This document shows positions 47,301 to 56,601 of a stretch of 64,000 nucleotides of DNA, piece by piece (the stretch's first letter is position 1; every line of letters begins with the position of its first letter). The notes under the pieces are model-generated. The model did no database searches, was not told the origin of the DNA, and worked only from the letters and a program-made list of their open reading frames with translations. Source of the DNA: Bacteroidales bacterium (GTDB lineage: Bacteria > Bacteroidota > Bacteroidia > Bacteroidales > FEN-979); assembly GCA_030681475.1 (NCBI GenBank), contig JAUXWT010000085.1, positions 4,226 to 68,225 of the forward strand, given 5' to 3'. The translations under genes and the position numbers were made by a program.

Positions 47301-48054
47301 TCGATTTTCTTTCATTGTTTAACAACACACACCCCCAGGCAGCCAAAAACTGCGAGTGTTCCGGACTGTCAGTGTCCGGGTAACTCTTTTTAAAGAGGCT
47401 GACGATCGTTGGGTGCATGGCTGGTAATCCGCCGGTGATCACCAGGTGATCCACAATCAGCGAGAGTTCAAACGAACGTAAAATAATGGAATTATAGATG
47501 CCAAGGATGATATTTGGCAGGGTTGAACCATTCTTGATCATGCCAATAATTTCTGAAATGGCAAATACGGTGCAAAAACTGTTGATCCTGACCTCCTCGG
47601 TAGCCTCTTTGGCAAACGCGGTAAATTCTTCGGGAGTCACGTCCAAACGGAACGCGATCTCCTCCAGAAAGGATCCCGTTCCTGCCGCACATTTACGGTT
47701 CATCTTGAATTTTTCTACCTGTCCAAGCGCATTAACCTGGATAAACTTTGTGTCCTGACCTCCGATGTCGATGATGGAGCATGAGGATCGATAGATCTCA
47801 TAGACCGCCCTGGAGAGTGCGATCAGTTCAGAGTTGGAAACAAAAGGCGCCTGGATCTGTTCCCGGCCGTAACCACAGGTAAAAACGGGATATCCGAATT
47901 CATACTTTTCATTGAAGTGGTTGATGATCTTTGTTGCGGCGTTGTTGAAGTTATAGCCTGATCTTACACAATACGAATCAGTCATCCGGTTGTTTTCATC
48001 AACCAAAACACCTTTTGTATAAGATGATCCAAGATCGAGACCCAGTCGGTACAT
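47251..48054 (-). CDS. BadF/BadG/BcrA/BcrD-type ATPase: single-domain activase (HgdC / DCCP-reductase-like)
   Basis: 267 aa. Motifs LGLDLGSSYTKG, DIGGQDTK, and cluster-ligand motifs NRKCAAGTGSF and SFCTVFAISE. Confidence 0.8.
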   Translation of the reverse strand: MYRLGLDLGSSYTKGVLVDENNRMTDSYCVRSGYNFNNAATKIINHFNEKYEFGYPVFTCGYGREQIQAPFVSNSELIALSRAVYEIYRSSCSIIDIGGQDTKFIQVNALGQVEKFKMNRKCAAGTGSFLEEIAFRLDVTPEEFTAFAKEATEEVRINSFCTVFAISEIIGMIKNGSTLPNIILGIYNSIILRSFELSLIVDHLVITGGLPAMHPTIVSLFKKSYPDTDSPEHSQFLAAWGCVLLNNERKSMDPIPPDPFPQQGKGE

Positions 48055-48108
48055 TTATAATTTTAGATTTACGGTTTTACGATTTACGATTTGGTTTACA
48101 ATCCATGG

Positions 48109-49362
48109 TTATTTCATTTGTCCGGATAATTGATCTATGAATGTTTCGATGGCAATGATACTTTGTTCTTCGCTATAACAGCGAGGATCGTTGAGGTCAC
48201 CGTTGATCTCCAGATACGGGATGCCTGTTTTTTTGAATAACCGGTTCTGAAGCCCGAAACGGTTATTGGAATTCCGGGCACAGGTCTTGGATTCATGATA
48301 GATGATCCCATGAACTGTGAATTCCTGCATTAACTGTTCCAGAATATCTTCTTTTATCGTATCAGATCGTACAATAAAGAGTTTGCTGTAAGCCAGGGCG
48401 GAGGATTCAAATGGATTGGCCGGGTCAAGGTCGTCAAACACCCAGCTGTTGCAATAGGTTGAGGCGACTATACAGGTGTCGAGTTTGGCAAATAATTTAG
48501 CCAGGCTGCTGAGCCTGTACCAGATTGGCATGCCCTCCCAGTAAACTCTGAACCGTTCGACCGGAACCGCGCTGATGTTATTTTCGATCCTTTCTTCCAG
48601 TTCCGCCAGGAGGATTTTATAATATTCCACCGCATGGCTGGTGCCCCGCATGACTACGATGGGGCCCATGTGGATGGCGGAATCGAAGAAATTGATTGGT
48701 GAGGGGAGGTGCCTGGCCTTTTGCAGCACCTGTTTCCAAAGTACACAGCCTTCATGGGATAAACCGACAGATTCCCTGAAACAGTCAATGTCGAATTTTC
48801 TCCCGGCCACTTTTTCAAGGTCAGGAATGATGCGGTGGTATTGGTCTGAAACGCTTTTTACAATCTCCGGACTCAGCTCCTGGATGCTTAGCGGGGTATG
48901 AATCCCCAGGATGGGGACATTAAAATGCCGGGCATAAAAACTGAACCAGTCTTCCACCTCCCTGCACTGGTTTGTGTTATAAACCAGGATGTCGGGTTTG
49001 GGAACTGAACTGAAACCGCTTTTGACAAGCGGTGTTTCGTTTTGCAGAAACGCACCAATATCACTGGTAAGGTAGGAACAGATGTCGGGGGAATAACCAT
49101 GGGCGACAGCCGTTGGAATATACTTGTCGGCATTTTTACCTGCACCCAGCATGGCCCCGTGGTTCTCCGGGAAATAGACCTCGAATCCCATTGAGTACAG
49201 CAGTTCCGCCGGCCCGACGCTGGTGCACCATGCGATTTTCCGGTTCCCTGTTTCAGCAGCTTCCTTCAACCTGGCGAAATACCCGTCCATGGTTGTTCGA
49301 AGTTCGTTCACCGACTTCAACTTTACAAGTTCACTCTTATCCTGGATCGTTTTTTCATTCAT
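48109..49362 (-). CDS. 2-hydroxyacyl-CoA dehydratase / BcrBC / double-cubane-cluster-protein family member, unpaired
   Basis: 417 aa. Family-typical conserved Cys positions (WCTSVGP, PDICSYL, NQCRE, CARN). There is no second D-component gene next to it. Confidence 0.7.
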   Translation of the reverse strand: MNEKTIQDKSELVKLKSVNELRTTMDGYFARLKEAAETGNRKIAWCTSVGPAELLYSMGFEVYFPENHGAMLGAGKNADKYIPTAVAHGYSPDICSYLTSDIGAFLQNETPLVKSGFSSVPKPDILVYNTNQCREVEDWFSFYARHFNVPILGIHTPLSIQELSPEIVKSVSDQYHRIIPDLEKVAGRKFDIDCFRESVGLSHEGCVLWKQVLQKARHLPSPINFFDSAIHMGPIVVMRGTSHAVEYYKILLAELEERIENNISAVPVERFRVYWEGMPIWYRLSSLAKLFAKLDTCIVASTYCNSWVFDDLDPANPFESSALAYSKLFIVRSDTIKEDILEQLMQEFTVHGIIYHESKTCARNSNNRFGLQNRLFKKTGIPYLEINGDLNDPRCYSEEQSIIAIETFIDQLSGQMK

Positions 49363-49391
49363 AGTTCGGCATCAGTTTTGTGCAACATTAC

Positions 49392-49525
49392 GAGAGGGTG
49401 TCTCAAAAGTCCTTTAACCGCAGAGTTCGCAAAGTGTATGCTGCTGAATATCTGATCTTTGTGTCCTTCGCGTAAAAACTTTGTGTCCTTTGCGGTTATA
49501 GTTTTTCACCTTTTGAGACACCTTC
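49392..49525. mobile_element. MITE-like palindromic element, copy 1
   Basis: Terminal inverted repeats GGTGTCTCAAAAG...CTTTTGAGACACC, with subterminal TTAACCGCAGAG...CTTTGCGGTTAT. It lies in the gap between the dehydratase-like gene and dch. Confidence 0.7.
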
Positions 49526-49539
49526 GTCGGGGGGTGAGG

Positions 49540-50313
49540 TTAACAATTTTTCCAAACCGGTTTTCTTTTTTCTATGAACGCAGTGATCCCTTCATTGGCA
49601 TCATGGGTTTCCATCATCTCGTTCACATACATATCGGTAAATTCGGGAAGATGTTTCAGCATGAAGAAGTCAAATGACGCCCTTGCGGCACGGGTGGCAA
49701 ATTTCAATGCAGAAGCGCTTTTTCCAAGGATGTTTTTCTTTATCCAATCATCCGTGGCTAAATCCATGGCCGATTTATCTTCAAATACATCATTGACAAG
49801 GCCCATAGCCTTTGCTTCATCGGCGGAAATAATTTTTCCGGTAATCAGCAATTCTTCGGCTCGGGCGTTTCCCACCTTCAGTGGCAGCATTATTGAGGCC
49901 GGCGGCGCAAATACGCCAAGAATAATTTCCGGTTGTCCGATCTTTGCACTTTTATCTGCAAAAATAAAATTGCAGGCAAGTGGCAGCTCAAAACCGCCTC
50001 CCAGGCACTGACCTGATATTTTGGCCAGCGTTGGCAGGTGAAGGTCGATGAGAGTATAAAACATCATGTGAAAACCGTTCAGCATTTCAGCAGCTTTGTC
50101 TTTGGTGTGTTCTACCACACTTGCACCGTATGAGAAGTTATTCCCTGCACCCTCGAAGGTCACAAGCTTAACATCCTTGTTACTTTTCAAAGCAGTCAGG
50201 AACTCCGTAATCTCTTTCATCATCATGCCATCAAGGATATTGGCTTTCCCGTCATCCAGAATTACCCGGGCAACAGTCCCCTCATATATAAATTCAACTT
50301 TGATCTTTTGCAT
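49540..50313 (-). CDS. dch: Cyclohexa-1,5-diene-1-carbonyl-CoA hydratase-like enoyl-CoA hydratase
   Basis: 257-aa crotonase (GAGNNFSYGASV, GQCLGGGFELPLAC). The assignment rests on family membership plus its position next to oah and had. Confidence 0.65.
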   Translation of the reverse strand: MQKIKVEFIYEGTVARVILDDGKANILDGMMMKEITEFLTALKSNKDVKLVTFEGAGNNFSYGASVVEHTKDKAAEMLNGFHMMFYTLIDLHLPTLAKISGQCLGGGFELPLACNFIFADKSAKIGQPEIILGVFAPPASIMLPLKVGNARAEELLITGKIISADEAKAMGLVNDVFEDKSAMDLATDDWIKKNILGKSASALKFATRAARASFDFFMLKHLPEFTDMYVNEMMETHDANEGITAFIEKRKPVWKNC

Positions 50314-50325
50314 AAATTTTCAGGA

Positions 50326-51417
50326 TTATTTTGTTGATTGAAATTGCGGGGAAATTGCCCGGATGAGTTCATCATTCCATTCATGGCCTTCCGCGAGCAT
50401 CTGCCTGAGTTTGATGAAATCAACTTCCCTTTTATCTTTCGGGCCGTCATTAAATGCCCTGAAACCTGCTTTGCCTTCGGTCATCATATTCAGTGCAAGC
50501 CAGTCTCGGTTGCTTTCCTTGTTCCTGTCCCAGTGTTCGAGTTTATGTTTTCTCAGTGAATTAATTGTTTTGCTGAGACAATTCGGCATCAGGTACATGA
50601 GTTTTGTGCAGAATCGTTCTACAGCCTGGTCCAACAACGAAAGGTCCATTTCACCTGCTTTCATCAACTCCTTTCCTTTTAAAAGATCGTCTCCTGATTT
50701 CATTTTGCCATAAATGATCTGCCCTTTTTGGTTTACCCATTGATCTGTATAAACCAGCGGATTGGGAATGAATTCACCATTCACTTTCAATGCAGGAACA
50801 ATTTCCGTGAGCAATCCCGATTTCAGGGCTTCATAGGCCGACCAGGGATCGCAAACCGTACAGGAGAACATGGCGCTTTCAATGCCCACGAACAGCGGAA
50901 GAAAGTCGGTTGACCCGCCGTCGGGTGCGCTGCCGTGTTTCGGACCCGCCTGGCCGAACCTGGCAAAATCCTGCGCGATTGAAAAATCACACGCCATCCC
51001 GATCTCCTGCCCGCCTCCTATCCTCATCCCGTTGACCCTGCAAACAACTGGTTTGTCGTTCATAAGGATGGAAGAGACCATGTCGTTGAATAGTCGCATG
51101 TATTGTTTATATTCCTGGGGATTCCCGGCATAATACTCGGCGTACTCTTTCGTGTTGCCACCGGTGCAGAAGGCTTTATCGCCCGCTCCGGTGAAAACGA
51201 CCGCCACAACACTCCGGTCGTTGGAAGCTTCCCGCATGGCAAGGATCACCTCCTTAACGGCCTCGGTGGTATAAGAATTATACTGTTGTGGATTGTTCAG
51301 GATGATCCAGGCGTTGAACAGACCTTCGACGGGATTTCCTTCAAGGTCCTTGCAGGGACGTTTTTCAAACAGGATCTCCCTGTAGTTAATTTCTGTAAGA
51401 TTGTGACTTGCTAACAT
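50326..51417 (-). CDS. oah: 6-oxocyclohex-1-ene-1-carbonyl-CoA hydrolase (ring-cleaving; Oah/BamA)
   Basis: 363 aa, an unusually long crotonase with FTGAGDKAFCTGGNT and VNGMRIGGGQEIGMACDF blocks, as recalled for Oah/BamA. Confidence 0.8.
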   Translation of the reverse strand: MLASHNLTEINYREILFEKRPCKDLEGNPVEGLFNAWIILNNPQQYNSYTTEAVKEVILAMREASNDRSVVAVVFTGAGDKAFCTGGNTKEYAEYYAGNPQEYKQYMRLFNDMVSSILMNDKPVVCRVNGMRIGGGQEIGMACDFSIAQDFARFGQAGPKHGSAPDGGSTDFLPLFVGIESAMFSCTVCDPWSAYEALKSGLLTEIVPALKVNGEFIPNPLVYTDQWVNQKGQIIYGKMKSGDDLLKGKELMKAGEMDLSLLDQAVERFCTKLMYLMPNCLSKTINSLRKHKLEHWDRNKESNRDWLALNMMTEGKAGFRAFNDGPKDKREVDFIKLRQMLAEGHEWNDELIRAISPQFQSTK

Positions 51418-51450
51418 GACATTTTTTTTTAGTTAGTGTTTGTTTGAATT

Positions 51451-51605
51451 GAGGGTGTTTCAAAAGTCTTTTAACCGCAAAGTACGCCAAGTTTTTCGCA
51501 GAGTTCGCAAAGAGTATACTGCTGAATATCTGACCTTTGTGTCCTATGTGTATTAACTTTGTGTCCTTTGTGGTTATATTTTTTCATTTTTTGAGACACC
51601 CTCTC
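51451..51605. mobile_element. MITE-like palindromic element, copy 2 (about 20-nt internal duplication relative to copy 1)
   Basis: GAGGGTGTTTCAAAAGTCTTTTAACCGCAAAG ... CTTTGTGGTTATATTTTTTCATTTTTTGAGACACCCTCTC. It lies in the oah-had gap and abuts the had stop codon. Confidence 0.7.
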
Positions 51606-52666
51606 TACTCGAAATCCGGTACCAGCACTGATCTCTTCTGGTACACATTGTTTAAAGTATTCCTGAATACTTCATTGATTGTCGACAAGGGAAAGGTTTC
51701 AATAAAATCATTAATCTTCAGCCTGTCTGTTGCGATCAGGTCAACAACTTCGGGATAGAGTTCCGGTTTGCAGCCCCAGGTACCGATAAGTTTTGCATCG
51801 AAAGCCATCAGGTTGCTCAGGCGAACCTCGGTCTTGTCAAGGGTGAAACCGACGATGGATAGTGTCGAGGTAAAGGTAATCAGGTTGAAGCCCAGTTCCT
51901 GTCCCTGTTTTGTACCGGAAACTTCGAAAATCTTCCAGCCAAACCGTGAAACGCCCAGCCCTTTCGCAATCTCCCTGACCTGATCCTTAATTGCTCTGAT
52001 ATCAAGGCCTGTTACGTTCAGAATTGCATCCACGCCGTTGTTTTTGGCTATTTCCAGTTTGTTGTCGTCAATATCCAGGGCAAGTACCTTGGCGCCAAGG
52101 ATCCTGGCAATAAGGGCAGCATAGATGCCAACTCCGCCCACGCCAATAACAATCGCAAGGTCTCCGGCTTCCAGTTCCGATTTTTTTATCACCTGGTACG
52201 GGGTTGAGATGGCATCGGCGATAACGGATAATCTTTCAAGAGGATATTTTTTTAACAGTGTGTCAGGAACCGGACAGAGAAAACGGGAAGGAACCAGAAT
52301 ATGCGATGCAAACCCGCCATGAAGATCATTTCCCGGCATCAATTGTTTCTGGCACATATTGCTTCGTCCCTTTCTGCAAAGCTCACATTCACCGCATGGC
52401 AATACCGCAGGTATGATCACGTTTTTACCAACCCATTCGCCCTGGCCGGCAATGACAGTCCCGCTGATCTCGTGGCCAAGCGTAAGTGGGAATTCCTTCT
52501 TTGTTTTGACGCCATAATGCCAGAAACTAAGGTCTGTATGACATACGCCACAACCCGCGACTTTTACCAGCGACTCATTTTCTCCGGGAATGGGCATCGG
52601 GCATTCAACAAGCTGAAAGTCAGCATCGAGCGCAGTCATCTGCCAGGAATACATGTTCTTATTCAT
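51605..52666 (-). CDS. had: 6-hydroxycyclohex-1-ene-1-carbonyl-CoA dehydrogenase-like Zn-dependent dehydrogenase
   Basis: 353-aa MDR-family enzyme with GCGVCHTDLS and GHEISG zinc motifs and GVGGVG cofactor motif. The call is supported by context with oah and dch. Confidence 0.7.
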   Translation of the reverse strand: MNKNMYSWQMTALDADFQLVECPMPIPGENESLVKVAGCGVCHTDLSFWHYGVKTKKEFPLTLGHEISGTVIAGQGEWVGKNVIIPAVLPCGECELCRKGRSNMCQKQLMPGNDLHGGFASHILVPSRFLCPVPDTLLKKYPLERLSVIADAISTPYQVIKKSELEAGDLAIVIGVGGVGIYAALIARILGAKVLALDIDDNKLEIAKNNGVDAILNVTGLDIRAIKDQVREIAKGLGVSRFGWKIFEVSGTKQGQELGFNLITFTSTLSIVGFTLDKTEVRLSNLMAFDAKLIGTWGCKPELYPEVVDLIATDRLKINDFIETFPLSTINEVFRNTLNNVYQKRSVLVPDFE

Positions 52667-52702
52667 AATCAGTTGTTTAAAAGGTGATACTTTAAAAGGA
52701 TC

Positions 52703-53662
52703 TTACTTGCATCTGCCTACACCGTCCTTGCAGGAAATGGCGCTTACCAGGTTGGTAAGCACCAGGTTTATCGGGGTTTTGATATAATGTTTCCGGCCAT
52801 AGTCAACAATCTTCCCGTTCATGTAATCGATTTCGGTTTCCCTTTTATTGATCAGGTCGACGGCGAGTGATGGCATGTGATTCCCTGCATTGTTCAGGTA
52901 CCTGATGGCAAGTTTTATAAAATTATCCGGCAGTTTGATGGCCTCGGCCGCCGCAACCTGCACTGCTTCATACAGAATTTGTTCGATGATCTCAAGTGTA
53001 TCCGCATTGGTCATCACCTCCTTCATGGTAAGACGGGAGATGGCGCACAAGGGACTTAAGGCAGCATTCAGGATGGTTTTTTCCCATATTCTGTCATTAA
53101 TAGTAAAAGAGTTCACCGGTTCAGTAGTGAGATATACGCTTGATAACGCAGTCGCAATCCATTTAGCCAGTTCACCCTGCGAATCATCCATAGAACCGAC
53201 ATAGTTGGGAGGATTGAAAAAATTGATCGCAGTCACGTTCGGCGCCTGGAGATTCCCCGCAAAATTGATTACCATCCGCAGGATAGAGGATTCAGGGAAA
53301 TGTCCCTGGTACTTTTTCCCGATATCGATCCCGTTCTGGGCGCTTAGCAGGAAGACCTCCTTTTTCAGGTTTTCCTCTATGGTCTTTACGATTTTATCGA
53401 CATGATAATCCTTGACGGCAGAAACAAGAATGTCGAAATCATGCTCCAGCATCTCCTCAATGGAATAGTACACATACTTGAAGTATGATTTTTTTTCAAT
53501 TTTTGAAACAAGTTCCATTCCCTCCTTGCGGATGAGGTTCAGTTTGTCCCTGTCGAGATCGGTAACAGCAACTTCACATCCGGCAAGCTTAAAATGTACA
53601 GCCAGTGTCTGGCCAATGGGTCCTAAACCGACGATTCCGATGTTATACTTCTTGTCTTCCAT
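52703..53662 (-). CDS. Ketopantoate-reductase (PanE/ApbA)-family NAD(P)-dependent oxidoreductase, role in cluster unknown
   Basis: 319 aa. N-terminal IGIVGLGPIGQTLA Rossmann motif and a PanE-like C-terminal helical domain. Confidence 0.55.
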   Translation of the reverse strand: MEDKKYNIGIVGLGPIGQTLAVHFKLAGCEVAVTDLDRDKLNLIRKEGMELVSKIEKKSYFKYVYYSIEEMLEHDFDILVSAVKDYHVDKIVKTIEENLKKEVFLLSAQNGIDIGKKYQGHFPESSILRMVINFAGNLQAPNVTAINFFNPPNYVGSMDDSQGELAKWIATALSSVYLTTEPVNSFTINDRIWEKTILNAALSPLCAISRLTMKEVMTNADTLEIIEQILYEAVQVAAAEAIKLPDNFIKLAIRYLNNAGNHMPSLAVDLINKRETEIDYMNGKIVDYGRKHYIKTPINLVLTNLVSAISCKDGVGRCK

Positions 53663-53692
53663 GTTCTTTATTTTAATTAAAAATGGTTTTGC

Positions 53693-55774
53693 TTAAAGTA
53701 TGATTCTTGCATCAACAACACATATTTCATCGCCGGTTGCAAAAAGCGGATTGAGGTCTGTCTCTTTAATCCTGGGGAAATCATTGCAAAGCATGGATAT
53801 CCGCCGGATGATTTCAACGGTCTTTTCCTTGTTGATCCCTTTCTCACCCCTGTATCCATGTATCAGGGGCGCTGCCTTGATTGCACCGATCATTTCGATC
53901 GCCTCTTCATCACTCACCGGACTGATAGTAAAAGCAATATCCTTTAAAACCTCGACGAAAATGCCCCCAAGGCCGAACATAATAATATGTCCGACACCTT
54001 CAACTGCTTTTGCGCCTATGATCAGCTCCATTCCTTTTGGAAGGAATTTCTGCACTAAAAAATTAATACCGCTGCCAAGGTTCCTGATCATTGCTTCGGC
54101 CACAGCGGATGCTTCTTTTGCGTCCCGGATATTCATGACAACACCACCAGCGTCGCTCTTGTGAATGATCGTTTCGGAATCGGCTTTTATCACTACCGGG
54201 TACCCTAACTCACCAGCCGATGTAACGACTCCATTCACATCGTTTGCAACACGCCAGGGGGCAACAGGTACCCGGTATGCTTCCAGAATGTTATAAACCT
54301 CTTTTGCAGTAAGGATTTCCCTTTCCTGCGACCGGGCATTGTCAAGGATTGACCTGACGGCATCTGGATTTACATCTGTGAACTTTTTTACGGAGCCCTG
54401 TTTTGCAGACCTGATGTTATTGTACCGGACCAGTGAATGAAGCGCACGAGCGGCTGTTTCGGCAAAATCAAAGCAAGGAATCTCCCCATCCTTAAGAATT
54501 TTTGTAGTACCGCCCCATTTTTGTTTATCGGTCATGTAATTACAAACGATCGGTTTTTTGGTATTCTTTGAGGCAGCAGCGATCTCACGGGCAACATTTT
54601 CACAATCGACGAAGGGGGGGGTGACAAAATTCAGGTATATGCTGTCGAATTGCGGCTCATTCACCATCACTTCCAGCGCGCTTTTAAAATGTGCCGGACC
54701 GGCTGTTGCGACAACATCCAGGGGGTTCCGTATGGAAGCCGATTCAAGCATGGTACCTTTCAGGATCTGTGCTGCCTCTTCTGAAAGTGGCGGTATTTCC
54801 AAGCCGCAACTTACCAGTTCATCGATGGCAATGACTGATGGTCCACCAGTGTTCGTAATAATACCCACTTTATTTCCCGTGGGAACCGGTTGTGAAGAAA
54901 GCGCCACTGCTGCATGACATAGATCTTCCTGGCTGTTAAAAGTGAGGATTCCGGCTTTTTTATAGATGAGATCAAGGGAGATGTTGCCAGCCAGTCCTCC
55001 GATATGCGAACGGGAGGCTTCTGCTCCCTTTTCGGTCCGGCCGGCTGTGATGGCAAGGACTGGCTTTCGGGCAGTTACCTGTTTTGCAACAGAGATAAAC
55101 TCATGCGGGTTGTCCAGGCTTTCCGCATACAGGACGATCGCCCTTGTTTCTTCGTCCTTCCCAAAATAACTGAGTATTTCCGTGATGGATACATCTGAGC
55201 CGTTGCCATTGGAGGCGTACATTCTTTGACCAATGCCCATATCATAAAATGCTTGCATGATCACGGCCCCAACTCCACCACTCTGCGCCACCACGGAGAT
55301 GTGGCCGGGTTCAGGGTAAGTAAAAGTGAAGTTGCAGTAAGCATTTATTCCGGGATCTGAGTTGATGATCCCCTGGCAGTTCGGGCCAACGATCCGGATA
55401 CCGTATTTTCGTGCCCTGGCAAGAAAATCATTCTCCAATGCCTCTCCTTCGGCACCCATTTCCTTAAACCCGGCCGTATTGATGATGATCGCCCTGACTC
55501 CTTTCTTCCCGCAGTTTTCCACCTCTTCCGGGACAAATGGAGGAGGGATTACGATGTGCGCCAGATCAACATGCCCGGGCACATCCAGTATTGATGGATA
55601 AGCTTTTAATCCCCTGATCTCATCCACTTTAGGGTTGACCGGATACACCGGCCCCCTGAATTGATAATGAAGCAGGTTTTTAATGATCACATTCCCGATC
55701 GAAAGTTCTTTGGCTGAAGCTCCGATCAGTGCAACCGCCTTTGGCCTGAATAATGAATCAAGGTTGTCGTTCAT
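53693..55774 (-). CDS. ADP-forming acyl-CoA synthetase (fused alpha-beta, NDP-forming acetate--CoA ligase family)
   Basis: 693 aa. N-terminal CoA-binding LFRPKAVALIGAS, phosphohistidine loop SHIGGLAG, and a C-terminal ATP-grasp domain. Confidence 0.8.
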   Translation of the reverse strand: MNDNLDSLFRPKAVALIGASAKELSIGNVIIKNLLHYQFRGPVYPVNPKVDEIRGLKAYPSILDVPGHVDLAHIVIPPPFVPEEVENCGKKGVRAIIINTAGFKEMGAEGEALENDFLARARKYGIRIVGPNCQGIINSDPGINAYCNFTFTYPEPGHISVVAQSGGVGAVIMQAFYDMGIGQRMYASNGNGSDVSITEILSYFGKDEETRAIVLYAESLDNPHEFISVAKQVTARKPVLAITAGRTEKGAEASRSHIGGLAGNISLDLIYKKAGILTFNSQEDLCHAAVALSSQPVPTGNKVGIITNTGGPSVIAIDELVSCGLEIPPLSEEAAQILKGTMLESASIRNPLDVVATAGPAHFKSALEVMVNEPQFDSIYLNFVTPPFVDCENVAREIAAASKNTKKPIVCNYMTDKQKWGGTTKILKDGEIPCFDFAETAARALHSLVRYNNIRSAKQGSVKKFTDVNPDAVRSILDNARSQEREILTAKEVYNILEAYRVPVAPWRVANDVNGVVTSAGELGYPVVIKADSETIIHKSDAGGVVMNIRDAKEASAVAEAMIRNLGSGINFLVQKFLPKGMELIIGAKAVEGVGHIIMFGLGGIFVEVLKDIAFTISPVSDEEAIEMIGAIKAAPLIHGYRGEKGINKEKTVEIIRRISMLCNDFPRIKETDLNPLFATGDEICVVDARIIL

Positions 55775-55779
55775 TGATT

Positions 55780-56598
55780 TTAATTAAGTTTATAATACCG
55801 GAACCCGCCCCATAAGGCGGCGCCAATGGCGCCTGCATAAACTGAATCAGGGTGTGTTCTGATTTCAAGATCAAGATTGCTCTCATCAATAAGTTCCCGC
55901 ACCGCCTGGATCATACCAATATTCATCGCCATTCCCCCGGTAAGGGCAACAGGCGATGTCGCTTTCAGCGATGAAAGCAGCTTTACAATCTTATTGGCGA
56001 TAGAAAGATGAATTCCCTTGATGATATCTGGTGTGGAAATTCCCCTTGACACCATATTGATGACGTCGGTTTCGGCAAGAACAGAACAAATGCCCGAAGG
56101 GGTTTCAGGTGCGGTTGCTTTCATGGAAGTTGCCCCCACATCTTCAATCGCCAGACCAAGGTACCTTGAGATGTTCTCAATGAACTGGCCCGAACCGGAT
56201 GCGCACTGCCCTGTCATTTTATAATCGAGTACCCTGCCCAGTTCATTGATCTTGATGGCCCTAACATAAAGCGCGCCCATGTCGACAACAGTCAAAGCGC
56301 CGGGGTTAAGGAAAACACCTCCTTTCGCGTGGGTGGTCATGCTGTAAAAATGACCGCGCTTCCGCTGGAGCATCTCGCCTTCACCGGTTGAGGCCAGGTA
56401 GGCAATATCGCTGTATTTTAAATTGTTCTTCTCCAGCAAGTGATCAATGACCTGGTCGGCGACCAACCCGGGATTCCTTTTCCTGATCTTCTCGATCTCT
56501 TTGTCAATGATCACCGGAGTGTCGGAATATGACATCAGTATAGCCTTGATGAGGCTGCTTCCCACATCGACACCCAATGTATAGATTTGTTGGTTCAT
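55780..56598 (-). CDS. bcrD: Benzoyl-CoA reductase (class I) ATPase subunit D-like (BcrD/BadG)
   Basis: 272-aa ASKHA ATPase with LGVDVGSSLIKA, VDMGALY, cluster-ligand motifs GQCASGSGQF and GICSVLAETD. It is the fourth gene of a C-B-A-D ordered set. Confidence 0.75.
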   Translation of the reverse strand: MNQQIYTLGVDVGSSLIKAILMSYSDTPVIIDKEIEKIRKRNPGLVADQVIDHLLEKNNLKYSDIAYLASTGEGEMLQRKRGHFYSMTTHAKGGVFLNPGALTVVDMGALYVRAIKINELGRVLDYKMTGQCASGSGQFIENISRYLGLAIEDVGATSMKATAPETPSGICSVLAETDVINMVSRGISTPDIIKGIHLSIANKIVKLLSSLKATSPVALTGGMAMNIGMIQAVRELIDESNLDLEIRTHPDSVYAGAIGAALWGGFRYYKLN

Positions 56599-56601
56599 AA
56601 T

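Noticed and set aside
48066-48100. Short run of TTTACG-type heptamers (GATTTACG GTTTTACG ATTTACG ATTTGG TTTAC) between the activase and the dehydratase-like gene, and a similar ACGTGAC run at 37607-37632
   Set aside because: They are very short, degenerate low-complexity tracts. I cannot attach a function or show they are more than slippage products.
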